Positions 51,443-60,908 of a DNA stretch of 64,000 nucleotides are shown here, piece after piece. The stretch lies in contig CBDDIJ010000002.1 of the NCBI GenBank assembly GCA_965228855.1, positions 928,001-992,000 on the forward strand, read 5' to 3'. The notes beneath the pieces are model-generated. The model saw only the letters and a program-made list of their open reading frames with translations. It ran no database searches and was not told where the DNA came from. This DNA comes from Candidatus Obscuribacterales bacterium. Its GTDB lineage: Bacteria > Cyanobacteriota > Vampirovibrionia > Obscuribacterales > Obscuribacteraceae. Each line of letters opens with the position of its first letter. The first letter of the stretch is position 1. A program made the position numbers and the translations under genes.

Positions 51443-53158
51443 CTACGCAGGCTGGGTTTCACCGCCGGCGCTTTTGTCCGCTCCGCTCTTCGCGGCATCG
51501 AGCTCCACGGCGATTTTCTTGATCGCCTTGAGGTCGAGCTTGCCGGACGCGGTCTGCGCGAACGGACCAGTCACCTTGTAGAAGTCGCTTGCCTTCGGGA
51601 TCCACAACGCGTGCATCCCGCTTGCGGTCAGCGCTCTGGTGAGCTCAGTCGGATTGACTTTCTCGTCGGTGTAGAGCACGACGAGCTTCTCACCCTTCGC
51701 GACGTCCGGGATGGCGCAGACGGCGATCGAGAGTTCATCCACGCCGGCGAGCGTGCGCAACTCCGCCTCCACGCGGATGATCGGCACCATCTCGGGACCG
51801 ACCTTGGCGAAACGGCTCTCACGGTCGGTGAGGTAGACGAAACCGTCCTCGTCGACCGCACCGATGTCGCCGGTGAAGTACCAGCCGTTCTGAAGGCAGT
51901 TCGCGGTCTCGCGGGGCTTGCCGTAGTAACCCTTCATGATCTGCGGACCGTTGACGAAGATGCGTCCTTCATTCTTCCGCCCTCGCGGCAGAATGGCGTT
52001 AGTCGCCGGGTCGACGACGGCGATGGCCGAGCCTGGCACCATCTGACCGACCGAGCCCTCGCGGGTTCCGCGGACGATTGCACCGGTTGGGCTCTGGACG
52101 TCGAAACTGTTGCAGCTCGACAGGAGCGGCGACGTTTCGGTGCAGCCGTAGCCTTCGAGCGGTTCCTTGCCGAGTTGCACGCGGATGTCGCGGGCCAGTT
52201 CGGGCTTGAGCTTCTCGGAGCCCATCATAAGCAGCTTGACGGACTCGAACTGTTCCTTCTTGCCGCGTTTCAGGTAGTTGCGCATGAAGGTCGGCGTCGT
52301 CGCCATCGCCGTGATGCCGTTTTCCGCGATGAACTCGCAGATGCCGCGGGCGTCGAGCGGGTTGTGGTGCGGGTAGAGTTCCCACCCCAGCACGAGCCCG
52401 GCCCAGAGCGTCACGCCGAAGCCGTACGAGTGGAAGTAGGGCAGGCAGCCCAGCACTTTCTCCTCGCCGACCTTGGCGTGTTCGGCGAGTTGAGCGATGT
52501 TGTAGAGCAAGTTGGAGTTGGTGAGCTGCACGCCCTTGGGCTCACCGGTCGAACCGCTCGTGAACATGATGCTGGCCGTGTCGTCCAGCCCCTTGCCCAT
52601 GCCCGGGAAGACGAACTTCCAGAAGCTCGTCGGCGTCACTTTGTTCAGCACCCAGGCGACCATTTTGGCGGCGTCAGGCACCTGCTGTGCGACGTCCTCG
52701 AGGTGGACGACCTTCGCTGCGATCTTGAAGCCGCCCTTGTCGATCACGCGCTTCGACGTGTAGACCGTTGTCAGCCCGGTCTGCTCGATGGCGCTGTTAA
52801 TCGGACCGTCGCCCGAGCTGTAGTTCAGGTTGATCGGAATCTTGCCGAGCAGCGTGATGGCGATGTTGAGAATCAGGCTGTGCTTCGATGGCGGCAGGAG
52901 AATGCCGACGAAGTCGCTCCCGTCGAGGTCTTCGAGGATGGTGCAGGCGAGCGCCGAAGCCGCGAGAAGTGCCTCGCCGTTCGTGGCGCTCTCTCCGGAG
53001 CTGTCCTTGACGAGCAGCTTATGAGGGTTCTGACGTGCGCGTGTGACGAACGCCGCGAGCGGCGAGGTCCAGTGCTCCGGCAGTACCGGGCAGGGGCGGT
53101 CGGGAAGGACCGCGTCACGGGCTGGGAAAACGAGACCGTTGTCGGTTGAGGTGCTCAA
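51443..53158 (-). CDS. AMP-binding acyl-ACP synthetase (Aas C-terminal-like)
   Basis: FTSGSTGEPKGV, PYFHSYG, EGYGCTE, WYFTGD, RESRFAKVGPEMV. Confidence 0.9.
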   Translation of the reverse strand: MSTSTDNGLVFPARDAVLPDRPCPVLPEHWTSPLAAFVTRARQNPHKLLVKDSSGESATNGEALLAASALACTILEDLDGSDFVGILLPPSKHSLILNIAITLLGKIPINLNYSSGDGPINSAIEQTGLTTVYTSKRVIDKGGFKIAAKVVHLEDVAQQVPDAAKMVAWVLNKVTPTSFWKFVFPGMGKGLDDTASIMFTSGSTGEPKGVQLTNSNLLYNIAQLAEHAKVGEEKVLGCLPYFHSYGFGVTLWAGLVLGWELYPHHNPLDARGICEFIAENGITAMATTPTFMRNYLKRGKKEQFESVKLLMMGSEKLKPELARDIRVQLGKEPLEGYGCTETSPLLSSCNSFDVQSPTGAIVRGTREGSVGQMVPGSAIAVVDPATNAILPRGRKNEGRIFVNGPQIMKGYYGKPRETANCLQNGWYFTGDIGAVDEDGFVYLTDRESRFAKVGPEMVPIIRVEAELRTLAGVDELSIAVCAIPDVAKGEKLVVLYTDEKVNPTELTRALTASGMHALWIPKASDFYKVTGPFAQTASGKLDLKAIKKIAVELDAAKSGADKSAGGETQPA

Positions 53159-53645
53159 GGTTTCGACCTTTCATTCGGAGTGAGACAAGAAGCTCAGCTG
53201 TGGCTCCCTGTCGGTGCGTGGAATGCGGATGCGAAGGAGGCAACGCTCTAGCTATAAGCGATGCGGCTCCAGGGAAGCGTTAACGGTTTTCCTCTCAGGT
53301 CTCTACACAGACAGAATTACCAGGACGATTCCATGAAGAATCGAACTGGATTTGTTGCTGTAGCGGAAACGCTTGACTGTGGTTGGGTGAGACTCAGTGA
53401 TGAGGAAAAAACGCGTATGTTTTAGACTACTTTTGTGCTTTGCTTCCAAACAACCAACGTTACGACAAGCGACGCACGTCGGGCTGAATCCGGCTATTCA
53501 GGCTGGCACTCTTGATATTGATGTAATTGCCGCAAGCTGACGACGGACGATGTGCGGAAATCACCCGGCTGAATCGAGAAATCTTCGAATGCTTTTGACG
53601 TAAATTCGGGTATAAAACGCCCTATGTCGCTCAAGGATTCTTTTT

Positions 53646-54935
53646 TTGAAACATAAACCGAAATACTGTTCATTTGCGATAGCGATTGGACTTGCCACAG
53701 CTTGTGCCGGTGCGGGCTATGCTGACTATCAGGACAATCGCTCCGAGTCTGCGAGGCTTTCATATCAGGCTGGCAATCTCTTGAAGAGTCAGGATTTTGC
53801 CGGCGCGGAGACGCTCTTGCGGCAAGCTGTTTCGCTTGATTCGTCCAACAAACCCGCGCAGTTCAATCTCGGATGGGTGCTCTACAAGCAAAACAAATAT
53901 CGCGACGCCGTGGATCCGCTCCGGCGTGCCGCTGAACTCGCGCCTGATGACGCCGGTGTGAAGTCGATGCTCGCTCACTGTTACAAGGAGACTGGTGATT
54001 ACAGAAATGCGACCAACCTTCTGGAAAGAGGCTTCTCCAGCGCTTCCAGTGCAAAGGATAAATCACAGATGTTGGAACTGATGGCGTTCTGTTATAGCAA
54101 GCTCAAGGATACGCGACGTACTGCCGATGCTTACAGGCAGCTAGTTGTGCTCAATCCGACCGTCGAGAAATACTTGTTTTATTTTGCTGACTCGTTGCAA
54201 AAAAATGGCAATCTGGCGGAAGCGCAAAAGGTTTACACGCTCTACCAGACCCGGTTTACGAGTGGACCCCATCGCGCGGAAGCTGTCCAGGCTGTAGAAA
54301 AATTGAAACATGAAAGCAAGCCGCCTCAGTGGTTGGGTCGGTGGCCGGCGATGCCTGTGAAAGTTTGCTTGCTCGATCCCGTAACGCCGGTCCGAGGTTA
54401 CCACCAGAATTATCGTGCCCTTGTGGGTCGGGCCGCGCAAACCTGGCAGGAACAGTCGGGCGGGCTAATCAAGTTCGTCTTCGTTGATAAGCCGGAAGCG
54501 GCTCAAATACTCATTCATTGGACGGATGACACGAAGTCGCTCAAGGAGGGTGGCAGTGGAAGCCAATCTGTCGGTTTGACTAATTTGAGAAATTTAAAAC
54601 CGGGTCAAATTTCAGCGGCTGAAATTTCACTGTTGACCATAGACAAAAACACAAACCAGCCGTTCCGGGACCTGGCGCTGGAATCGGTGGCGCTTCACGA
54701 ATTCGGGCATGCACTGGGTTTGCCCCATAGCTCGAGTCCAGCCGATGTGATGTTTCCGTGGGAGAACAACGAAGGAAATACGCACACCAGGCTGAGCGCA
54801 AGAGATCTCAGCTGGATAAAAACCTTGTATTCATTTGGAAACCCTGCTGGCGGGAAAACTGCAAATGAAGTAGACACCCGGTCCGCAGCGACTAAGAAGC
54901 CGGCGGTCATTGTGCGCGGAAAGTCAGCTCGTTGA
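53646..54935 (+). CDS. Secreted TPR + matrixin (M10) metalloprotease
   Basis: Signal peptide, TPR repeats, HEFGHALGLPH and Met-turn DVMFP. Confidence 0.9.
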   Translation: MKHKPKYCSFAIAIGLATACAGAGYADYQDNRSESARLSYQAGNLLKSQDFAGAETLLRQAVSLDSSNKPAQFNLGWVLYKQNKYRDAVDPLRRAAELAPDDAGVKSMLAHCYKETGDYRNATNLLERGFSSASSAKDKSQMLELMAFCYSKLKDTRRTADAYRQLVVLNPTVEKYLFYFADSLQKNGNLAEAQKVYTLYQTRFTSGPHRAEAVQAVEKLKHESKPPQWLGRWPAMPVKVCLLDPVTPVRGYHQNYRALVGRAAQTWQEQSGGLIKFVFVDKPEAAQILIHWTDDTKSLKEGGSGSQSVGLTNLRNLKPGQISAAEISLLTIDKNTNQPFRDLALESVALHEFGHALGLPHSSSPADVMFPWENNEGNTHTRLSARDLSWIKTLYSFGNPAGGKTANEVDTRSAATKKPAVIVRGKSAR

Positions 54936-54957
54936 ACGAGCCAATCATTGTTACGAG

Positions 54958-56220
54958 TTACGAGTCGCTTTCGGTATGGCGGCTGTACTGGAACGGTTTT
55001 GGTCCACCGCGCTTCGCTTGCAGGGCTCTAATCATGTTGTCTTGCTGTTGGCGGAAACCGCTCACGCTGCCCTTCCAGCAGAAGATCACGAAGTAAAAGT
55101 CTTGCTCCTGCGCGCGGAACATTCCGACAAGAGCGCTGGTACCACCATCGGTGCCCGGCAGCGTGCCGGTCTTCGCGACCACACTCCCGCGCTCCTGTGC
55201 GTCGGTAAAGCGTTTATCCAGGGTTCCGGGATCGATTCCGGCAACCGGGAAAATGTCCTGATAGTCGAGTTTGCTTGCCTGTAGTTTTGTCCGCAATGAT
55301 TTGAGAATGCGCATCATGTCTTTCGGTTTGACACGGCTTTGGCCAAGACCGCTAGCCGATGCTAGTTTCAGAGACCCGGTCGGAAGTCCTGCTTCTTCGG
55401 TAACAATTGATTCGACTTTGCGTACACCACCGACGGTGCGGCCAATTTGTTCTGCCACACCATTCTGAGAGTAGCTCATCATGCGCTTCAGTGTCTCGCG
55501 CAGCGTTTCCGATTCTATGGAACCGACGTTTTCTCCGGTTGTCGGCGGTGGGGAAACGGCAGCTCCCATCCGTGATGTGACTCTGCTATCAGGTCTTGCG
55601 CTGCGCCAGATCTTCACTAATGCCTTTGCGGACGAAAGAGGATTAGGGCTGGAGCGATACGAGAATGTTGGGTCGACTAGAATTTTTCCGTCAACTTCTT
55701 TGATGCCAGCCTCGACGAGGGTGCGAGAAAGTGCTTCTGCGTCTTTGTGGTCAAATTCGGGATCGTTGCCGGTTACGTACAGGTCTCCTTGAAGCACGCC
55801 GCTTTCCGGATCCAGAATGCCGTCGGTGAGGACAGCTGTTTTGAATCTGTAGTCAGGACCGAATGTCGATAAGGCGCTGTAGGTTGTAATGATTTTGACG
55901 GCTGATGCCGGATTGAACTCCGTTGTAGAGAGTTGATCGAGAACGGTTTCACCGCTTTCAGAATGTACCAGTGCCCCGATCTCCTGACGGGGTCTGGCTA
56001 CGTGCGCGACTTTTGCCTTGCGGCTTCCTTTTGATGAACGCGCCGCTGTTCGCCCCTTCTTAACATGAGAGCTTTTCGTTTTTCCGTGATGTTTGGCTGA
56101 TGCAGTGTGATGCTGTATCACGTGACTGACTCGATGTCTTGCTTCGGCTATGGGAACTGAAAGCGACGCGCAGACTAGTAAAGAAGCCAAAAGACGGCCG
56201 ACCTGCTGACTCACTCGCAT
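54958..56220 (-). CDS. dacB: D-Ala-D-Ala carboxypeptidase/endopeptidase (S13)
   Basis: PASAVK (SxxK), SQN, SGL and AKTGTL motifs; signal peptide. Confidence 0.85.
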   Translation of the reverse strand: MRVSQQVGRLLASLLVCASLSVPIAEARHRVSHVIQHHTASAKHHGKTKSSHVKKGRTAARSSKGSRKAKVAHVARPRQEIGALVHSESGETVLDQLSTTEFNPASAVKIITTYSALSTFGPDYRFKTAVLTDGILDPESGVLQGDLYVTGNDPEFDHKDAEALSRTLVEAGIKEVDGKILVDPTFSYRSSPNPLSSAKALVKIWRSARPDSRVTSRMGAAVSPPPTTGENVGSIESETLRETLKRMMSYSQNGVAEQIGRTVGGVRKVESIVTEEAGLPTGSLKLASASGLGQSRVKPKDMMRILKSLRTKLQASKLDYQDIFPVAGIDPGTLDKRFTDAQERGSVVAKTGTLPGTDGGTSALVGMFRAQEQDFYFVIFCWKGSVSGFRQQQDNMIRALQAKRGGPKPFQYSRHTESDS

Positions 56221-56485
56221 AAGATTCCTCCGCTACACACAGCTGAACATCGCGGTTTCACACCTTCCGAATTCTTTTGTACCCATGAACATGCCGGTCC
56301 TCTCGCCGCGCGAGAGCAAATTTGAACTTTCATATCCAAGTCGTATTGCCGAATCTGTGCGCCACCCCATGAACTATAGATGTTAGTAACCTTCTATAAA
56401 AAGTCAAGATGGTTTGGGCTGGGACGGCTATTTTTGAAGCTGTACAATATGTCCTCAGTCGACTTTATATATTGGAGAGGATGCC

Positions 56486-58189
56486 ATGCAGCTTGTCGAG
56501 TGCGTGCCGAATTTCAGCGAAGGCCGCGACGAAAGAATTATCAACGCAATAGCAGATGCAATGCGGAAGGTTTCAGGAGTCAGTCTTCTGGACGTCGACC
56601 CGGGTGTGAGCACGAACAGAACGGTCATGACTCTGGTAGGTGGGCCGGAAGCAGTCGTAGAAGCTGCTTTTCAGGGCATTGCCTGCGCTGCCAGTTTAAT
56701 CGACATGCGCAAACACACCGGAGAACATCCTCGCATGGGCGCCACGGATGTTTGTCCTTTCGTTCCGGTTGCGGGTGTGACGATGGCTGATTGTGTGAAA
56801 CTTGCAGAAAAGCTTGGTGAGCGCGTCGGAAAAGAGTTGGGTATTCCGGTCTATTTGTACGGTGAAGCCGCCCGAAAAGAAGAGCGCAAGAGTCTCGCGG
56901 ACATTCGTAAGGGCGAGTACGAGGCGCTGCCAGAGAAGATGAACGATGCCGGGTTCAAACCGGATTTCGGTCCTGCTAGTTTTAACGCTGGCGCCGGCGC
57001 CACCGTAATTGGTGCGCGGCAGTTTTTAATCGCCTACAACGTCAACCTGAATACGAAATCGAAGAAGTTGGCAAACGAAATCGCGTTGACCATTCGAGAG
57101 GCGGGTCGTTCTAAGAGAAACGCCGAAGGCGCGATCGAACGTGATGCGGAAGGCAAAGCGGTAATGGTGGCAGGTACATTGAAATCGTGCCGTGCTGTTG
57201 GTTGGACTGTCGATGAGTACCGGCGAGCGCAAGTTTCAATCAATTTGATCGATCCGTCGGTGACATCATTACATCATGCTTTTGATGAGGTTGTGCGTGT
57301 GGCGGACGGGCTCGGGATTCGGGTCACCGGCAGCGAAATCGTAGGGCTTGTGCCGCTCGGTCCGATGCTGGAAGCTGGTCGCCATTATTTGAAAAAACAG
57401 AATCGCTGCACCGGTGTTTCAGAAGAGGAACTTTTAGAAATAGCGGTTCAGTCGCTGGGACTGGCTGAGTTGGCTCCTTTTGAGCCCAAAAAGAAAATTA
57501 TCGAATATACTGTGGCACCGCAGGCGGTGAATCTTCGTGACATGACGGTCTCGGCCTTCATCGACGAGTTGGCGTCCGAATCGGCTGCGCCAGGGGGCGG
57601 AAGCGTTGCTGCCCTGGCTGGTGCAACTGCTGCGGCATTGACTTCAATGGTCGCTTGTTTGACGTTCGACAAAAAAGGTTTCGAAGCGCAAAAGCCGGTG
57701 ATGAATGATTTGGCGGAACATGCGCAGAAGCTGAAGGCGGAGTTGGTTCGCGCGGTTGATGATGATAAAAATGCGTTCAATAGCATCATCGATGCCAGGC
57801 GCATGCCCAAAGGCAATTCCGAGGAAATCGCTCGCCGGGATCAAGCAATTCTCGATGCGAATAAACATGCCACGCTCGTTCCTCTGCGCGTGATGAAGGT
57901 CTCAGCCAGCACTTTTGACCTGATTGAGGCAGCGGTCGAGAAAGGAAATCCCAATTCCTTGAGCGATGCGGGCGTGGCTGGATTGATGGCGCTCGCGGCG
58001 ACGGAAGGGGCATACTACAACGTTCTCATTAACCTGGATGGCTTTGATAAAGCCGATAAGGGGCAGAGTGAATTCGTCAAGGCAACTGAGAAAGAGGCGA
58101 GCGACGTGATGGAAAAAGCGCGGCAGCGAGCGGAGAAAGTGCGCAAGGCTGTTTTACAGAGATTGTCTCCGCAGGTTTCTCTTGCGTAA
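56486..58189 (+). CDS. ftcD: Glutamate formimidoyltransferase / formiminotetrahydrofolate cyclodeaminase
   Basis: VECVPNFSEGR, HPRMGATDVCPF; C-terminal cyclodeaminase motifs APGGGSVAA and SDAGVA. Confidence 0.93.
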   Translation: MQLVECVPNFSEGRDERIINAIADAMRKVSGVSLLDVDPGVSTNRTVMTLVGGPEAVVEAAFQGIACAASLIDMRKHTGEHPRMGATDVCPFVPVAGVTMADCVKLAEKLGERVGKELGIPVYLYGEAARKEERKSLADIRKGEYEALPEKMNDAGFKPDFGPASFNAGAGATVIGARQFLIAYNVNLNTKSKKLANEIALTIREAGRSKRNAEGAIERDAEGKAVMVAGTLKSCRAVGWTVDEYRRAQVSINLIDPSVTSLHHAFDEVVRVADGLGIRVTGSEIVGLVPLGPMLEAGRHYLKKQNRCTGVSEEELLEIAVQSLGLAELAPFEPKKKIIEYTVAPQAVNLRDMTVSAFIDELASESAAPGGGSVAALAGATAAALTSMVACLTFDKKGFEAQKPVMNDLAEHAQKLKAELVRAVDDDKNAFNSIIDARRMPKGNSEEIARRDQAILDANKHATLVPLRVMKVSASTFDLIEAAVEKGNPNSLSDAGVAGLMALAATEGAYYNVLINLDGFDKADKGQSEFVKATEKEASDVMEKARQRAEKVRKAVLQRLSPQVSLA

Positions 58190-59345
58190 CTTCTCGCGTT
58201 TGAAAGAAAAAGTTAAGACGCATTTCGCGTCGAGCACCGCTTTGCTGTCGGTAAGTCTGGGCCTGGCGATCCTTTCTCCGTGCCTTGTTTCGTGTGTTTC
58301 ACAGGAGGCGACTTCGGAAACCAAAGCGATAAAAAAGAAGAAAAGAAAGAGAAGTAAACCGGAACATGAGGATATGCTGGCTCCTCCGAACATGACTCTG
58401 GGTGAGGCGACGCGCAAGTATATTCCGGCTTCTCGTTTCAACGAGGGCACGCCATTGACCGATGCTGATTATGTCAGAGCCGCGGAGGTTGCGATCCATC
58501 AAAGGGATGACGGCAGTTCGATGATGCTGGCTTCGGAAGCGATTCGGCTTAATCCAAAATCCGCTGCAGCGTATTATGTCCGAGGGCGAGCGCGGTATGG
58601 TGGTTTGGCGGATGGTGAGAAGTCCTCGATTGATGACTTGAAGCGTTCTGTTGAACTCGGTTTGGGAGGGCCGAGCACGGCTGGTGCATGGCATAGCCTT
58701 GCTCGGGCTTATGATGCCCAGAAAGACGTTCCACGCGCGATCGAGGCGATCGAAGAGGCGATAAGGCTTCGTCCGGAAGATCAAGCTGCGTACAGAACAA
58801 AGGCTGCCATTCTTACTGCTAACAACAGGAAACAAGAAGCAATCGGCGCTTACTCGATGGCTCTTAAACTGAAGCCGGAAGACGCGGAAATGTACTTCCA
58901 GCGCGGGCAGTTATTTGAGAACCTCAAGCAATTTGATGATGCGTTGAAGGACTATGAAGGAGCAATCGTTCATGGTCGAGAAGGGAATCAGATGCCTTAC
59001 AAGTTGATGGCTTTGAAGCGTGAAGCCTCGATCTATTCACAAGATGGGAAATTTCAGAAAGCCGCGGATGTCCTTTCCATCGCCATCTCCATGGACAAAT
59101 TCGACGAGGAATTGCATCGCTTGCGCGGTGAGGCTTATGAACGGTTGCACAAGTATGCAGAGGCGGTCGCCGATTATTCGAAGGCAATCGAGATGGCGCC
59201 GGACTTTTCGCAACACTCCTACGAGGCTCGCGCCCGCTGTTACGAGAAACTGGGAAAGGTCGATCTTGCTGCTGCAGATTTGAAAGAGTCGAAACGTCTG
59301 ATGGACGCACCGGCCGAAAAACCGCTATATGAGCTAAAGCATTAA
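58182..59345 (+). CDS. TPR protein (possible lipoprotein)
   Basis: Multiple TPR repeats; hydrophobic leader with LVSC. Confidence 0.82.
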   Translation: MRNFSRLKEKVKTHFASSTALLSVSLGLAILSPCLVSCVSQEATSETKAIKKKKRKRSKPEHEDMLAPPNMTLGEATRKYIPASRFNEGTPLTDADYVRAAEVAIHQRDDGSSMMLASEAIRLNPKSAAAYYVRGRARYGGLADGEKSSIDDLKRSVELGLGGPSTAGAWHSLARAYDAQKDVPRAIEAIEEAIRLRPEDQAAYRTKAAILTANNRKQEAIGAYSMALKLKPEDAEMYFQRGQLFENLKQFDDALKDYEGAIVHGREGNQMPYKLMALKREASIYSQDGKFQKAADVLSIAISMDKFDEELHRLRGEAYERLHKYAEAVADYSKAIEMAPDFSQHSYEARARCYEKLGKVDLAAADLKESKRLMDAPAEKPLYELKH

Positions 59346-59656
59346 GGCTGCCAGAAACGGCAAACTACTATAAGGAATCGTGTGGAGTGAGTTCCCGAAA
59401 CGTCATGGGGGAGATGCTTTCGCCCCCTGGGGGCTGATCGCGAGAGGTGTTTGTCTACGATACGTAGCCGGAATTTCGGGAAAGCGTCATAGCCACGTAG
59501 CCAAGTCGGGAAATTCGGAGCGTCACCTTGGTCGAGAGTGCTGCAAAAGCCGATGGCACAACGAGTTGTGGGCGTACGGAGATATGAAAGTATATAGTAG
59601 GAAGATTTGGCTACGCTACGTAGCCGGAATTTCGGGAAAGCGTTGTACGTTAGAGA

Positions 59657-59880
59657 TTGACAGCAGACCCAATCAATTGACACCAGGTCCTGCTGTCGGC
59701 AAGGCTATCCGAGGACGCGAGGATAGAGAAACGGAAGAAACCAGGAAAAAGCGTATGACCGCGAAGTCAGGCTATGAGGTTTGGACTTCCGTTTCTGTCT
59801 TGTCCTCTGAGGCTGAACACTATCAGATGCAAATCCTAGAACGATTTAGCATGCGTACAAGGCTCGCCCTGACAAGATTC
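59657..59880 (+). ncRNA. Predicted IS110 bridge RNA
   Basis: 5' hairpin; target loop with AAAGCGT (59748-59754) and GGCTATGA (59770-59777); donor loop with ACACTATC (59817-59824) and CGTACAAG (59854-59861). Each loop is closed by a stem and holds an internal hairpin. Ends are approximate. Confidence 0.8.
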
Positions 59881-59925
59881 TATCCGCGTCCTGTGTAGGT
59901 TGGCAAGTCTAAATGGAGGCGCATC

Positions 59926-60891
59926 GTGATATCACTTGGGATAGACATCTCTAAAGAGACTGTGGATTGCTATCTGCTCTCGGAACGAGGGCGGAAGTTG
60001 CACGCTGACAACTCTGACAGCGGATTTCGGCGAATTGAGAAGTGGCTGAATCAGCACACCGAAAGCGAAGTACAAATTTGCATGGAGGCCACTGGAAAGC
60101 TCTGGGAGCCACTCGCAGAATACTTCTGCGACAAAGGTTTTGCCGTCAGCGTCGTCAATCCTGTTCAGATCAAAAACTTTGGCAAAAGCCTGTTGAAGCG
60201 TTCAAAGACGGACGCAATTGATGCCGAGGTAATCGCACAGTTTTGCAAACTGATTCAACCGAAGACCTGGACGCCCCTCCCGGACGTGGTCCGGAAGATT
60301 CGCAACATTGAGCGTCACATTGATGCGCTCAAGACCGACCGAACCAGAACCGTGAATCGTACCGAGTCCGGTCGGCTCGACGAACCTGTGAGTATCTCGC
60401 TTCAGCGGCAAATCGAATTCATCAACAATGAGATTTTGCTGCTGGAACAGGCTCGAGACCTCTTGATCAAGTCCGAACCGCAATTTCAGAACGATCTCGC
60501 CTTACTGCAAACCATCCCTGGAGTCGGTTTGATCTCGGCACTCACGTTTCTCACGGAAATTTCCGGCTTGGATTCCTTCGAGTCGTTGAGAGAAGTCGAG
60601 AGCTACTGCGGCTTGACTCCGGAATTGCGCGAGTCTGGAACTTCTGTTCGAGGGCGTCCGAAGATGTCTAAGAAAGGCTGCAAGCGCCTCCGGAAAGTTT
60701 TCTACATGGCGTCTCTGAGCGCAGTTCGATCAAACCCTGCCATTCAAAAATTCGCGACAAAGTTGGCAGAGAAGTGCAAACCAAGGAAAGTCATCTTGTG
60801 CGCCGCCATGCGCAAGCTACTTCGCATCATGATGGCGATCTACAGGACAAAGACACCATTTAATCCCAATCATCTAAGCGTTCATTGTTGA
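59926..60891 (+). CDS. IS110 family transposase/recombinase
   Basis: DEDD residues in GIDISK, MEATG and KTDAIDA; TIPGVG; GLTP..RESGTS (catalytic Ser loop); AAMRKL. Confidence 0.96.
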   Translation: MISLGIDISKETVDCYLLSERGRKLHADNSDSGFRRIEKWLNQHTESEVQICMEATGKLWEPLAEYFCDKGFAVSVVNPVQIKNFGKSLLKRSKTDAIDAEVIAQFCKLIQPKTWTPLPDVVRKIRNIERHIDALKTDRTRTVNRTESGRLDEPVSISLQRQIEFINNEILLLEQARDLLIKSEPQFQNDLALLQTIPGVGLISALTFLTEISGLDSFESLREVESYCGLTPELRESGTSVRGRPKMSKKGCKRLRKVFYMASLSAVRSNPAIQKFATKLAEKCKPRKVILCAAMRKLLRIMMAIYRTKTPFNPNHLSVHC

Positions 60892-60908
60892 CAGCGAACA
60901 CACTATCT
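60888..60908 (+). promoter_or_regulatory. -35 half of the IS110 circle-junction promoter
   Basis: TTGACA (60888-60893). On circularisation it lies 17 bp from TACGTT (59646-59651). Confidence 0.75.

Larger units (their letters stand above)
59644..60908 (+). mobile_element. IS110-family insertion sequence (1265 bp)
   Basis: Boundaries are defined by comparison with the empty site AAAGCGT|CATAGCC (59481-59494). No TIRs or TSD; long non-coding left end and short right end. Confidence 0.92.

Noticed and set aside
50463..53158. Split Aas (synthetase plus acyltransferase) as a novelty
   Set aside because: Variable domain arrangements of Aas-like genes are common; nothing else unusual was seen.
59380..59898. 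172-aa ORF upstream of the transposase
   Set aside because: It spans repeat DNA and the IS non-coding end, so it is likely spurious.
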